The notes under the pieces are model-generated. The model was not told the origin of the DNA and searched no databases. It saw nothing but the letters and a program-made list of their open reading frames with translations. From the IMG/VR virus record IMGVR_UViG_3300020811_000088, positions 1-60,628 of that record: a DNA stretch of 60,628 bases; one strand, given 5' to 3'. The position numbers were made by a program, and so were the translations under genes. The stretch is from a virus. Below are positions 60,623 through 60,628 of this stretch, piece after piece (position 1 is the stretch's first letter; every line of letters begins with the position of its first letter).

Positions 60623-60628
60623 TATTTC
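60509..60628. repeat. Second copy of the 120-bp terminal overlap
   Basis: Identical to 1..120. Confidence 0.95.

Overview
This window is a complete, circularly closed dsDNA phage genome. Bases 1..120 are identical to 60509..60628, so the unique length is 60,508 bp. The gene order looks podovirus-like (inference). I saw no integrase or DNA polymerase. Layout: (i) + strand 1..26917 holds the late module: capsid-proximal proteins, a glycosyltransferase, small basic proteins, adaptor-like proteins, repeat-rich tail fibres, an embedded lysis cassette, a T7 gp12-like tail protein, internal virion proteins and a polyvalent giant protein of about 2,079 aa. (ii) - strand 26961..33769 and 35403..43209 is a long translationally coupled early operon carrying Ref-like HNH, RHH, SSB, ERF, an SPFH lipoprotein, MazG, a Cas4-like nuclease, RtcB and many small paralogous ORFs. 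(iii) A + strand island at 33875..35400 carries a VRR-NUC nuclease, tRNA-Pro(TGG), tRNA-Asn(GTT) and about 0.6 kb of promoter-to-terminator DNA with no credible ORF but very strong secondary structure. This is my best candidate for something undescribed. (iv) + strand 43404..47225 holds a ParB-like protein, an SF2 helicase and a TOPRIM primase. (v) - strand 47208..50991 is a second small-gene operon, including a protein with an SSB-like DDIPF tail. (vi) + strand 51184..60622 holds TerS, a LexA-like wHTH, TerL, portal, a GroES-like protein, HNH, scaffold and the major capsid protein, which wraps into 1..114. A major caveat applies to the ORF track. At least ten genes, including TerL, primase, scaffold, tail and internal virion proteins, are split by a one-base deficit. 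These sit almost always in an A5/A6 run of the sense strand, and every one is repaired by adding one base. This most likely reflects homopolymer under-calling in the assembly, so several ORFs in the track are fragments. All product calls rest on motifs I recognised by eye. No database search was run.
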